The notes under the pieces are model-generated. The model searched no databases. It was not told the origin of the DNA and worked only from the letters and a program-made list of their open reading frames with translations. A stretch of DNA of 64,000 bases from contig NC_092402.1 of the NCBI RefSeq assembly GCF_030028105.1, positions 41,662,538-41,726,537 of the forward strand, read 5' to 3'. How positions within the stretch are numbered: the first letter of the stretch is position 1; each line of letters begins with the position of its first letter. The DNA is from Mobula birostris (lineage: Eukaryota). Positions 39,285 to 52,545 of this stretch are shown piece after piece. The translations under genes and the position numbers were made by a program.

Positions 39285-39840
39285 AAATCAAAATCAACTG
39301 TATTTGGCATAGACACTTAAATGTATTAGGAATTTGCTGTGGTGTATTGGTCAGGGTGCAACCTGCAACAGAAAAAGTCCAACAACTTTTTTAAAATGAT
39401 ATAACGAAAGGTAGAGTTTAAAGTAAAAAACAAAGTAAGGTTAAGTATGGATATGAATAAAAAGTGCATAAGTACATAAATACCAGCATGTATTTACAAT
39501 GTAAGTAGCATTATAACAAGCGGTTTAAAGTGTTTACAGTGCAGTGATGAGAGTAATAGATAGGGGGGGTGAGGGGGTTAACTAGAATGGTCGACCAGTT
39601 TATCTGCCTGGGAGAGAAAATGTTTAAGATGGTGTGAAGCTGTTGGTTTTAATAGCTCTATAGCGCTTTCCAGAAGAGAGGTTTTGGAAAAGGCGGTTTG
39701 TAGGGTGGGTAGTGTCTGCAATGGTTTTTCCTGCCCATATCTTTGTCCTGACACATACTGTACAGGTCCTGCAGTGATGATAGACTGCAGCCAATGACCT
39801 TTTCTGCTGACCTGACAACTCAGTGTAGTTCTTGTACATT
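39285..39840 (-). mobile_element. Rex1-type LINE 3' fragment
   Basis: IADTTHPTNRLFQNLSSGKRYRAIKT peptide. Confidence 0.7.
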
Positions 39841-40413
39841 GTCAGAGGATGCTGCACCGTACCGAACTGGGAAGTGGCGCTGAAGAAGCCTTGGCTTGTG
39901 CTGTAGACTATTTCATAGGTGTACATCAGCCACTATGTGGCTGAGGGAGTCGGTGAATTGGCTGCCTTGACCTGGATGGGTGTTGAGTTGCTCGGGTGGA
40001 GGGGAGTTGAAGTGATCTAATTAGGTGGGGAATCAAATCCTCAACACAAGATTCTGAAGATGCTGGAAATCCAGAGTTAATATGCATGAAATGCTGGATG
40101 AAGAGTCTCTGCCCAAAATGTTGACTCTATTCCTCTCCATAAGTGCTGCCTGACCTGCTGAGTTCCTCCAGCATTTTGTGTTTGTTACTCAGGTAGGAGG
40201 AGAGCCACCTTTGGCATTCCAGACCAGTGTGAAGTTTACAGTTGGAATGTCATCTTTAAACAATTCCTTAAAGTCAGGTTTGTTCCTATTATTAAAATGA
40301 TAGATACTTCTTATAGAAATAACCATAGTGATTTCTCCAGTATATTGAAACTCTTTGCTATCACTGCCTTATATTAACACTGTCTAAAACTATTGATTTT
40401 CTCCATGTTACAG

Positions 40414-41026
40414 GCCTTTGGCGCATGCTATAATGCAAGGATTAATACCTACCCACAGACCAGAAATCTACAGAGAACTGCAAAGTTTTTCTACCCACCC
40501 GTTTGGAGAAAATCGGAATCCGACCTTCTAATTGGCTCCGGCTATGTCTCTACAATGGCTTCCAAACACTCACTGAGCTCGTACTCGACACCTGCGGTCG
40601 GATATGAAATAACAGCTGCAGCTGAGGCACAGTACATCCACCTCCTTTTTGCCCTCAAAGATCAAACTTTGGGGATCCTGGAGGCAACCTTTGCTTCCAT
40701 AATCTATCATGCTTTTGCTTTTCTGCAGCTTCGGTGGGAACAGTTGGTTGAGGACATTAGGGTGGGGCGTGTGAATCCAGAGCTGACCGTTGCCGAAGGT
40801 GTTCGCCTGAAGTTAAATGCCCAGTTGAAGCCTGATCCGCAAAGGGCGTTGAAGCTTGCTGCAGAGTTCGTGAGTGGATTTAAGGGAATTGCTCGCAGAG
40901 TGTGGCCCCACCTCAGCTTGGTTGTTGCTGTGGATTCTGGTGCAAACAAACTGTACGGTGATCACCTGAAACGATTCTACTGTGAAGGTGTTCCTATTTA
41001 CTCTCCTATTTATGCAGCCACTGAAG
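40414..41026 (+). CDS. ghdc: GHDC coding exon 2 (...LQYIHLLFALKD-like, WPHL, IYSPIYAATE)
   Basis: tacag/gtaac boundaries, 613 nt; YAATEG GH3 motif 2. Confidence 0.93.
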
Positions 41027-43992
41027 GTAACGAGGATTCGCTTGGCTTAGCGTAATACCCTAACTACTTAACAAATTTCTGTGTTTCGTCACATTCCAAG
41101 GTCAGATAAATGAGGCAAGCAGCTCTCAGGCTCGCCGAGATATACTTCCAATCATGAGCTTGAATTTATTTTGTGCCTTTAACATAGAAAAAATTATCCC
41201 AAGGCAGAACGGCATTGTAGGGAGAAAGCTGCCAAGCCAAAAGCTTGGTTGATGGTTTTGGAGACGGATCCAGAGTATTAAACTTGGCCCAGACTGGCTT
41301 ACTCCTTTCCTTTCCCATGTACAGTGTTACGGGAGATCTCGACAGAAATGTGCAAATGGTTATAAACACATTTTGCAGATGCTGGAAATCCAGAGTAACA
41401 CACACAAGAGGCTGGAGGAACTCAGCAGGCCAGGATTAAGGTCTAGACAGTGGACAGCCAGAACCTTTTTTTTCCCACCAGCGTGGCAGTGGCTAATACC
41501 AGAGGGCATCCTTTTAAAGTGAGTGGAACAAAGTTTAGGGGGGAGATGCCAGAGGTAGGTTTCTTTCTTACGCAGAATCAGATTTAATATCACTGACATA
41601 CATCGCCTTGTTCCTTGCAACAGCAGTACAGTGGGTGCGGGGTTGGTGGCAGAGGCTGATACATCAGGGATGTTTAAGAGACTCCGAGATAGTCACATAG
41701 ATGTAAGAAAAATGGAAGATTAAGGTGTCGATTGATTGTGGTGTCGGTTAAAAGGTTGGCACAACATTGTGGGCTGAAGGGCCTGTACTGTACTGCACTG
41801 TTCTAAAATCAGTTTGTGATCCTGAGACATGATCAACATAATCATTCACACAAAATGCTGGAGGAACTCAGCAGGTCAGGCACAATCAGTGGAGAGGAAT
41901 ACAGAGTCAATGTTTCGGGCTGAGATCTTTTATGTGCCTCTGGAGCCTGCTTGACCATTTAACAACATAAGGCTGATCCAAATCAACTGTTCTAACATTT
42001 GACACTCTTAATGACTAACACTCTACTCGTTTCGTTTGTGAGTAAACTCGGTGTCATGTCTCCACAGCTTTCCGGGATAGGGAATTCCAAAAATTCACAA
42101 TGCTGAGCAGAAGTATTTGTTCTGAATAGCAGACCTATCCCAAGCTATGATGTCCATTTCTAGGCTTTCTTGTTGCAGGAAATGTAGGTGTAAGACATCA
42201 GCTATTAACTTATACTTTGGAACATCATTGTAGGTTCATTCATTTTGGGGGAAAAAATCATCCTATCCATCAATATCATTTGAAGCTGAGTATTTTCAAA
42301 TGCTATTTTCATCAATGAAATACAATTGCATGTACTCCTCTATCCATATTCTGCAACACCATGGAAACACTACCATCAAATAATTACTCCACTGTAATAC
42401 TGAAACGACTGACTTCAGATTTTCCTTCTTAAAATCTAGGTGAATTTGATTATATTATGATCACTTGCCCCAAGGGTTCATTTACCTTCATGTGGTACGG
42501 AATCAAAACTGATACATGGACAGGGCATCCCCGTACGCCCTCACCTACCTGGGCCACATGCCTCTCATTCTGTTGCACACTTCTCTCAAGTCGCCTCTTA
42601 TTCTCCTTTGCTCCAAAGGGAAAATCCCTAACTTGTTTCAATCTATAAGATAGATATAAGATAGGATAAGACATATTCTCTTATCCGGGGCCATCCTGGT
42701 AAACCTCTTCTGCAACTTCTCTAAAGCTTCCTCAACCTTCCTATAATAGTACAGTACAGGAACAGGCCCTTCGGCCCACAACATTGTGCTGGACCAAATA
42801 AATTGGTAATCAAATGGTCATCTAAACTAATCCTTACTGCCAGCACAATCCATCTCCCTCACATTCATGTGCCTATCTAAATGTCTCTTAAAAGTCCCTA
42901 ATGTATCTGCCTCTACCACCCACCTCAACAAGTGCATTGCAGGCACCCGTCACTCTCTGTGTTTTGCATGCTATCCATACAGGTCATTTCATCACATCAG
43001 TACATTGCAGTAACACATGGAGAAAACAATAAAAGAATGCAGAATAAAGTGTTACAGTTGCAAAGAAAGTGGAGTGCAGGCAGACAATAATGTGCAAGTT
43101 CATGACTAGGTAGATGTGAAGTCAAGAGTCTACCTTATTGTACAAGAGGTCTGTTCAATAGTCTTGCACAGTGGGATAGAAACTGTCGTTGAGCCTTGTG
43201 GCACATGCTTTCAGGCTCTTATATAACCTACCTGATGGGAGTGGGGAGAAGAGAAAATTTTGGGGATAGGAGGGTATTTGAATATGGCGGTTGCTTTACA
43301 GAGGTAGGGAGAAGTGTAGACAGAGGCCATAAGATGAGATAAAACTTTATTTATCCCAAAGGAAATTATTGTTGCAAGGTTGTTCAGTCAGAAATAAAGA
43401 CAAAATGTAAGCATTGAGGTATAAAAATACAAAATGTGCTTTAAAAACACAGATGTGCAATGAAACCATATACTTGTATACTTGAGGAGGAGGAGTTGTT
43501 GTAGGGTTTTATAGCTACAAGGAGAAAGGATCTCCTGTGGTGTTCAGAGGTGCCATGAGGAGGAAGCTGGTGCTTCATGTGAAAACCTTGTAATTTAGCC
43601 TGCCCTTTGTGAGAAGGTATTTGGAACACGTAAACTACTGACTCAATAAAGCTGAGTAAGAGCAGTTACCTCCCCAGTGAAATTGACCATCTGGTGTCCA
43701 CCTTCCAATGTGAACATGGTGGATTCTAGAATTTCTGCAACGTTAGCATAACGTCATGGGTTTAGCTCACCAATTTCCAAACAGCTTCTTCCTGTGTGCC
43801 ATCAGGTTGCTGAACAGAACACCAACCCACGGGCACTCTCATTATCGCTTTTTTTTTGCACTGCTTATTTGTTTTGTAACTTAAAGTCATACTTTGCAGT
43901 GTACTGCATAATAATAAACTTCATGCCATATTGGTTAGTGATCATAAATCTGATTCTGGAAAGGATTGAATTGATCCTGATGATTCTACAAA

Positions 43993-44518
43993 CAGTGATC
44001 AATTTGTTGGGTACCTCTGTACCTAATAAAGTGGTCACTGAGTGTATGTTCGTGGTCTTCTGCTGCTGTGGCCCATCCGCTTCACGGTTTGACGTGTTGG
44101 GCATTTAGAGACATTCTTCTGCACACCACTAATGTAATGTCTGGTTATTTGAGTTACTGTCACCTTCCTTTCAACTTTGGCCATTCTCCCCTGACCACTC
44201 TCATTAAGAGGACATTTTTGCCCACAGAACTGCCACTCACTGGATGCTGTTTGTGTTTCGCACCATACTAGAGACTGTTTGTGAAAATACTGGGAGATCA
44301 GCAGTATCTGAGATACTCAAACCACCCCATCTCACACCAACAATCACTCCACAGTCAAAATCACTTAGATCACAGTTCTTCCCAATCTTGGTGTTTGGTC
44401 TGAACAACTGAACCTCTTTGACCACGACTGCATGTTTTTATGCATTGAGCTGCTGCCACATGATTGGCTGATGAGATATTTGCATTGATGTACAGGTGTA
44501 GCTAATAAAGTGGCCGTG
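43993..44518 (-). mobile_element. Non-autonomous Tc1 derivative
   Basis: ctaataaagtgg(c/t)c end motifs; transposase N-terminus GKNCDLSDFDCGVIVGVRWGGLSISDTADL. Confidence 0.8.
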
Positions 44519-44994
44519 GACCATGTGATTGGTTCAAACGGCCTGATACCATACTGCAGTTTCAGTGTAATCCTATATAGGGATCGTCTGTATTGATGTG
44601 CACCTGCAGGGGATCTTATGTTCTTGGTTTTGATGTGGAATGGTGGGCGTGAAATGTTCCTCTGGTCTTTACCTAATGTAGCCATTGGACAATCCCGAAG
44701 ATGAATTTTCATGATTAACGACGCTGATTGAACTTGCAGTGGCATGGTGGTGGAGTTACTGAACCAATATCCAAAGGGCAGGAAAGTTGATGGAGAGACA
44801 CGAGTTCAGATCTTTGGGGAATTTAAGTGTAAGAATTTGAAATGATCTGGAATTAAAAAATAAACATTTGTAATTGTGGTCGTAATTGTTATAAAAACAC
44901 ACCTGGTTCACCAATGCCTTTCAGGGAAGGAAAAGTACCTCCATCACCTTGTCTGTGCTATGTGCCTTTATACCCACACCAGTGTGTTTTGTTC

Positions 44995-45385
44995 TAAGAC
45001 ATAAGACATAGGAGCAGAATTAGGCCATTTGGCCCATTGAGTCTACCCTATTCTCCTGTTTTCTCCCTGTAACCTTTGACACCTTTACTAATCAAGAGCC
45101 TATCAATCTCCACTTTAAATATACCCAATGACTTGGCCTCCACAGTCATCTGTGGCAATCAATTCCACAGATTCACCACCCTTTGGCAAAAGAAATTCCT
45201 CCTCATCTCTGTTCTAAAGGGGTGTCCTTGTATTCTGATGCTGTGCCCTCTGGTCCTAGACTCCTCTCTACATCTACTCTGTCTAGGCCTTTCAGTATTC
45301 GACTGGTTTCAATAAGAGGAGCCCCCCTCCCTTTAGTCTTCTAAACTCCAGGGAGTACAGCCCCAGAGGCATCAAACACTGCTCA
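44995..45385 (-). mobile_element. CR1 3' fragment
   Basis: taagacataagacatag tail followed by CR1 3' sequence. Confidence 0.8.
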
Positions 45386-45736
45386 TATGTTAACTAAAAT
45401 GGCAATTAGAAATGACCAATGAGCAACACAGTCTGTGAATAAATAAACCAAATAAGATGAGCCCTGGCATAGAATAGTCCATTTACAGTTTGCTCTTGGG
45501 CTCAAGCAAAGGATTTGGCCCCTGCTATGGCGAGCCGCCAGCGAGTACTGACAGACTGCATAACTGGAGCCTGACACTCTCAGCCCCTCTTGTCCTTGTG
45601 CATACTTTCCACCAAGAATCATTGAACAGCAGGGAGGAACTGGAACACTGGCTCTTTTATTTTCCCCGATTTAGCTCAAGGGCGCTTAGAACAAATGTGA
45701 GTATGTTTGCTGAAACATCTTGAACCTATTTCCTAG

Positions 45737-45926
45737 GCCTCATTGGAGTGAATCTGTGGCCAGAACAGCAGGAACGACATTACCTTCTATGTCCGCAATC
45801 AATGTTTTATGAATTTATTCCTGTTAACTTCTCTGAAGATGAACAACCACAAACACTGTTTATGGAGGAAGTGAAGGAAAATGAGTTATATGAACTGGTC
45901 ATCACCAATGCATCTGGTTTGTACAG
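45737..45926 (+). CDS. ghdc: GHDC coding exon 3 (LIGVNLWPEQQERHYLLCPQSMFYEFIP...YELVITNASGLY)
   Basis: cctag/gtaaa boundaries, 190 nt; FYEFIP and YELVIT..GLYR motifs. Confidence 0.95.
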
Positions 45927-48194
45927 GTAAAACATCAGATATTTAAAAGCAAATTTAAACATTGTTACTTGCTTTCTTGCATTATTAAGAAAGTAAAATA
46001 TCAGCATATTGCAAACTTATATTCAAAGGCAAAGGTTTAAAAATGCAGCACAATTTTTTTTAATTTGTTACTGTTGGTTCTGTTCTATTAATTGAAGTCT
46101 GATAATTGAAGACACTATTGATGTCTGTCATGGCTGTCTGTTCCCTATCCTCTTTGCTACTGCCATCTTAGGGAAGCATCCTAGTAATGTTGAAGGTCAA
46201 TAGGTGAACAAACCTCACAAAGCATATGTCATTTTAAAAGCTTTATAATCATCATGCTTTGTAAAGTACTTGAGCTTCATCGAGCAGCGTCTATCACACA
46301 TCTTGTTCTGAGCTCATAATGGACCTGTGAGTGTCTGCTTCCTACTTAACCTGTAAACTGCTGAATGCAAGTAGTCTCCATTCGATCCATTAGTCACCAT
46401 TGGCACAGTTCAGTCCACTATACTAACTGGTCCTGAAACATTAACCCTGTTCCTCTCTCTCCAGATGCTGTCTAATCTGCTGAGTACATCTAACATTTTT
46501 TTTTGCTTCTATTTCAACTTTTTCATCTCAGTTTTTTTTAGCTTGTCGATAACTGCTTAAGTTCTGGTATAATTCTGCTGAACCCAAATCAGGGTTAGCA
46601 CATCCTCCCCCATGTGAAGAGCCACTGACTTGAAAATATTAACTTTGCTCCCTCCTGCTGATGTGTACAACCTGCTGAGCATTTCCAGCAGTTTTTAAAA
46701 AAATTTATTGTACTCCACGTGAATTTTAACCAGAACTTTCATTTCAGCCATCCTTTGTATGTTCCAGACTTCACAGCTTAAAGGTGAAGCTTTAGAGAGG
46801 ATGCAGAGGAGATTTACCAGGATTCTGCCTGGATTACAGAGCATATTTTATGAGGATAGGTTGAGCGAGCTAGGGTTTTTCTCTTTGGAACAAAGGAGGA
46901 TGAGAGATCACTTTATACAAGTGTACAAGATGTAACTCTGTGTCATCAGTAATGTGCATCCATAGATGTCCACTCCTTCATCTAAACTCTAAGATTGGCT
47001 GCCGCTGTTGTTAAGTTTTGTATGTGTCCAGGTTTACTTTTGGCCTTTGGGGATCATGAGGAAAATGAGTAATGAGCTGCATGTTGTATGACCTTGTAGT
47101 ACCAAAATTTAGCCACAGGATGGAGCTCTGATCTAGCTAATGCGTGCAACAGTGAGTGTTCCTCTGATTCTCATCTCCGGGAATGTCCACACCCAGCACG
47201 TGATCATACAATATGTACAAACATAAACATGCAAAGTACTGGAGTTGTTGTTGACACAACGATTCTTCCTGCATTTTCATACACCTGAAATAGAATTCCA
47301 CAGCTTCAAGACATCATTGTCCATGCTACACATAATTGTACTGTATGAGTTGTGTTACTGAACTAATATTCAGAGACACAAACTAATTATCTAGAGTTCA
47401 ATTTTCACTACTGCAGGTAGGGAATATAAAGTTATGTTAATAAAACGAATTGGAAAATTGAACCATGATTGGTAATGATGACCATGAGACTTCCAGACAG
47501 TGATTAAAACTCTATCTAGTTCCTTAATGACCTTCATTTAAGGAATTTTCCTTGGTTGTCCTTTATGCTTGCTTCAACATGGCTCCAGACCCACTGTCAT
47601 CCATTTTGGTTCCAGTAGCTCTTTTGAAAGACAACTACATGCAAACAGCAAGTTCTGGGTAGGTACCTGTTGTGCCTTTTGTAACCTCAGGACATCCCAA
47701 ACTAATTTATAATCATTAGCTTATTCTCTTTTAAAGTATAGCCATTACTATAATGTAGAAATCGTGACACTTAATCAGTGTACAGCAAGCTCTCATGAAT
47801 AACAATGTGATGAGATTTTTTAGTGACACGGATTTGGCAACAATTGGATATGCACCACTAGGGAAAATACTAGGGCTTTGATCAAGTTGCTCTAAATCGT
47901 TCTGGTCTTCGTTCCAATGACAGACTACTTACTGCCAACATGATATCAGCCAGTGAATTGCTGATAGGGCGGGGTGAGTAACATATACTGCAACAAATAA
48001 CCTGTTGCTAAGCAGAGTAAATTACTCAATAACTAGTCAATTTAATGCGTGGATGAAATTAATGACAATGGCTCCTTCTGGTAATGGCAGCATAATTACT
48101 CCAGAAAATGACTCCCAAGTCCAAGGGACTATAGAGATGCAGAAAAATGTTTTAGTATAATGGTGCGGTGGCTGGTTGATTTTAGTTAGCCAGT

Positions 48195-48510
48195 TTTATT
48201 TGATTGTGTTTTATTTAGCGATACAGCGCGGAGTTAGGCCCGCCTGACCCTTTGCGCCTCGCCACCTTAGCAATCCCCAACAAACCTGATTAACCCTAAC
48301 CTAATCACCGGACAACTTGCAATGATCGATGCGCCTACCCGACACGTCTTTGGGCTGTGGGAGGAAAGCGGAGGACCCAGGGAAAGCCCCCACATTCTAC
48401 GGGGAGGACGTACAGAGACCCCTTACAGGACGCCACCGGAATTGACTCCGAACTCCGGAACGCCCCGAACTGTAATAGCGTCGTGCTAGTCGCTTCACTG
48501 CCGTGGCGTG
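48195..48510 (-). mobile_element. CpG-rich V-SINE copy
   Basis: Reverse-complement V-domain (gtgggaggaaa.cggag.accc) and tRNA-like head; tttat tail. Confidence 0.75.
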
Positions 48511-48716
48511 GAAGCTGTGGTTATTTTAGTTGGAGCCGAGGCACTGGGAGGTGATTTGATTGTTAATTGGTGATTGACCTTGCACAGGTTCCAAGCTGTG
48601 CAGTGGGAAGGTGATGAGGTAAAAACTTGGCAGAATTGCAGTTTCTAGTGTATTGTCAATTTTCTCTGCAGGTTATAAAACTGTAGAGGATGACAAATAA
48701 ACTCCCTTCTGAGCTT

Positions 48717-51700
48717 GTAAGGCATTATGATGACAGACAAGCCAACAAACCATATACTTCCAGAGCCAGGAGTGCTCAGGAACTCTGCGGAACGCCCAGA
48801 CCCTGGTCTAGACAGGCAGTATGAAGATGCAACCTCAAACCCCACGGGGAGGGTTGAGTCCGACAAGGGGGCTGAGCGAACTGCGCCTCTTTTGCGTTGT
48901 AAGGTAAAAACAATCATCTCAACCTTCAACGCAAACACCATCCGCCTCTTGCCTCGATGCACAGAGTTGGCATCACAGGCAAGCAGCTACAAGATCTCCA
49001 TCCTGGGGATCCAAGAACACCGTCATGTACACCCTGACAAAGAGATAAGGTTCACAGACGTAGAGGGGATGCACCTCATCACCTCGTCTGCATGGAGAGA
49101 GCTGACGACAATGTCAGCACAAGGTGGAGTAGGGCTGATGTTGAACCACAAGGTGAAGGAGGCACTGAGGGGCGTAGTCTCAGTCAGTGACAGAATCCTT
49201 ACTGCGGAATTCAACGGAAACCCGGCGACCTCTGTCATCATCTGTTACTCCCCGCACAACTGCAGCGAGGAGAAGGAGGTGGAGGCCTTCTACAGTAAAC
49301 TTCACAAAACTGTCACTTCAATAATGGCACGTAACTTCCTGGCCGTGCTCGGTGATTTTAATGCCCAGGTTGGACTGGAAGATATTCCGTACTCATACCA
49401 AGACTTTACCAACAGAAATGGACAATTTCTAGTTGATTTCATCCAGGAACACAGTCTCATTGCCGCCAACACACAATTCAAGAAGCGAGCTGGTAAACTG
49501 TGGACATACGAAAACAGAGCCTCCATCTACAGGAAACAGCTCGATTACATCCTCGTAAGAACAAAATGGCGTAATTGTGTGATCAACACAGAAGCCTACA
49601 GCACCTTCAACTCAGTCAGTTCTGACCACAGAGTAGTGTCAATGCAAGTGGGACTGAGCCTGCGGCAACCCAAAGCCACGGGTCCCAAGGAGAAGATAGA
49701 CTGGAAGGCATTCTCCTCACAACCTGTTCTTCAAGCTCAGTACACAGTGGAGGTGAGAAATCACCTCAGCCCACTGGAAAGGGAGGAGGAAGAGACTGCC
49801 ACCGACCGCTATCAACGGCTCATAGACACACACACAGATGCAACAAAGAGTTTGCCTACTGTGAAGCGAATCAAGAAGAGTCGGACCTCGAAACATCCTG
49901 ACGTCGTGTCAGCAAGAAGTGTGGTCAATGCTTGTCATGCCAAACTTAGAGGGAGCGAAACAGAAGAGCTAAGAGACAAGTTCAAGGCAGCAAAGAAGAA
50001 TCCCTTTGCCACCTATGACCAACTGAAGGAAGGGGAACTAGCTGAGAGGATTAGAGAGGTAGAGTCTGCTAATGAAGACAAGCAGCACGGAGAAGCATGG
50101 CGCCTAGTCAATGAGAGCAGCAGATGGAAGAAGTCCCCATCAGGTCAAATAAGTGATAAAACAGCAGAGGACTGTGTCTAGACTATGGTTTACCCACTTT
50201 AAGAACCTGCTGGGAAGCCCTCCAACGATCACAGAAGAAGAAGAGGACATACCCACGATACTAACGCAAGTCAACATCGATGACAGCCCATTCACCATTG
50301 AGGAACTGAAGAAGGCCAAATATGCACTCAGACAGGGCAGGAGCGCTGGACCAGATGGGATATCACCAGATGTCCTGAAGAACTGCGACCTGGATGACAT
50401 CTTGCTGGACATATGTAATACAGCACTGATGAGAGGCGGCAAACCAGAACAGTGGTCACTCTCAAACATTATCCCAGTCCCCAAGTCTGGATCCCTCACA
50501 AAGACAGATAACTACCGCAGTATCAGCTTGACCTGCATCTTAGCAAAGCTATACAATCAGATGATCTTGAACAGGATTCACACCGCCATTAACCCTAAGC
50601 TAAGATTCAATCAGAATGGTTTTTGGCAGAAGCGCACAATAGTGATGCAAATACTTGCTCTCCGTGGAATCATCGAGGAAGTCAAGAAGAACAACTTACC
50701 AGCCGTGCTTGCTTACATCGATTTCCGCAAAGCTTCTGACTCCATTCACTGAGGTAAAATGCTGAAGATCCTGAAAGCTTACGGAGTGCCAGACCATCTA
50801 CTGAGAGCAATAGAGTCCAGTTATACCAAAACCATGGCGAAAGTTATATCACCAGATGGAGAAACAGCAGTGTTTGAGCTCCTAGCTGGTGTGCTGCAAG
50901 GACACACTCTGGCACCCGACATCTTTATAATTGTCCTTGATTACGCTCTGCGACAGGCTACCAAAGATCATGACAAGCTTGGTTTTACCATAAAACCAGG
51001 ACGAACCAAAAGGGTCAGACCAGTTATGCTCACAGATCTCGATTTTGCAGATGACATAGTCCTGCTCTCTGACCGGATGGAGGAAGCACAGCAGCTACTG
51101 ACAAAAGTGGAAATTGAGTGCAATAAGATTGAACTTCACCTAAACGCTAAAAAGATAGAGTACATGGCGTTTAACTGCGACGAAGGTACTCTCAAGGCCG
51201 TAAAGAATGGTACCATTAAGAAAGTCTTTGACTACGAGTACCTTGGGTCAAGAATGATGAGTTCGGAGAAGGACATAAAGATACGGAAGGCGCTGGCGTG
51301 GAGGGCTATGAATGACATGAAGGAAATCTGGAAGTTGAACCTGACCAAAGGGCTTAAAAAGAGGATTTTCATAGCAGTCATAGAGTCCATTCTCACGTAC
51401 GGATGCGAGGCGTGGACACTCACCAAGACTATGTGAAAGTCTCTAGATGGTTGCTATACACGAATGCTCCGGATGGCTCTTGACGTGAGTTGGCAACAGC
51501 ACATGACGAACGTCGAGCTCTATGACGACCTACCGATGCTCACCACTAAAATCGAGACGAGGAGACTGCAACTAGCAGGGCACTGTCTACGCCACCCCGA
51601 GCTACCTGCCAGCCTAGTCATCATATGGGAGCCCAAGCACGGGATGATGAACCCTGGGCGCCCTCCCAAGACTATGGTCAACACGCTCCTAGAAGACAGC

Positions 51701-51811
51701 GGCGTGGCTAATGTAGATGAACTGAACACACTGATGAGGGAGAGGGAGAAGTGGAGGGTCCGTCATCATGCCCTACACCGGCCCCCTAGGCCTGAGTTGA
51801 CATAGTAGTCA
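48717..51811 (+). mobile_element. Near-intact RTE-clade LINE, single APE+RT ORF (48727-51805) with one frameshift and two premature stops
   Basis: APE motifs LGIQE, GDFNA, QLDYIL, SDH; RT motifs QNGF, GVLQG, DFADD; LAGHCLRH C-terminus; tagtag tail; possible TSD TGAGCTT. Confidence 0.9.
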
Positions 51812-51819
51812 TGAGCTTT

Positions 51820-51987
51820 TACGAGGATGATTGATAAGTTCCTGGTCTAAGGTAGAAGGAGATGAGTTATACAGCTCTCGTTACGTGCACGTGCAGTTCA
51901 ACTCTTTGAGTGATTATGCAGAAAGTTTGAAGTTAATAACTCATCTCCTTCTACCTTAGGCCACAAACCTATCAATCACCCCTGGTA
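51820..51987. mobile_element. Mariner-type MITE
   Basis: TA-flanked ~50-bp imperfect TIRs with a perfect 24-bp core (51847-51870 / 51936-51959). Confidence 0.85.
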
Positions 51988-52233
51988 TGTTCTGCTCATT
52001 AATTAAATGCAGATGTATTTCTACTTTGGGCTCACTGGGTGATAAAGCCCCATTTAGCTAAGTTGCTTTGAAGTTTCGGAAACTGAGGTTTAGCATTGTT
52101 TATTGGGGAATTACAGGCACAGGGCCTCCATGTGTGAGGTGCTCTGAAATAGACAGAAAACTCAAAATTCAACTTTAAGAAGTTCATGCTGTACCTCAGA
52201 ATACCTCATGATGATTTTTGTTGATCCTTTCAG

Positions 52234-52305
52234 ATACCGGATTGGAGACATTGTGAAGGTGGTGGCTTTTCACAATCAGAGTCCAGTGGTTGAGTTTAAG
52301 TACAG
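52234..52305 (+). CDS. ghdc: GHDC coding exon 4 (YRIGDIVKVVAFHNQSPVVEFKY)
   Basis: ttcag/gtgtg boundaries, 72 nt; YRxGD GH3 motif 3. Confidence 0.94.
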
Positions 52306-52411
52306 GTGTGCAAGTTTACTTTCATCAGTTTGTTTTATCTAGTTTTTTTTTCTGTGAAATATTTACCTCAAAAATAATACATTAATATCTTTTTATAAAT
52401 TTCTTTGTCAG

Positions 52412-52545
52412 GCAAGGGCAGATGTTAAATGTCAGAGGAGAAAAAATTACAGAGGAGGCCTTCTACCAAACACTACTGCGTGCTGTGAAGTTGTGGCCTG
52501 GTGCTGTGCTCCTTGATTACTGTTGTGTAGAGAGTGGCCTTTTGG
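52412..52545 (+). CDS. ghdc: GHDC coding exon 5 (QGQMLNVRGEKITEEAFYQTLL...DYCCVESGLL)
   Basis: tcag/gtgag boundaries, 134 nt, GEK motif, phases consistent. Confidence 0.94.

Noticed and set aside
48560-48900. HDV-like ribozyme at the RTE 5' end
   Set aside because: Could not fold a nested double pseudoknot by eye; the element seems to start just before its ATG
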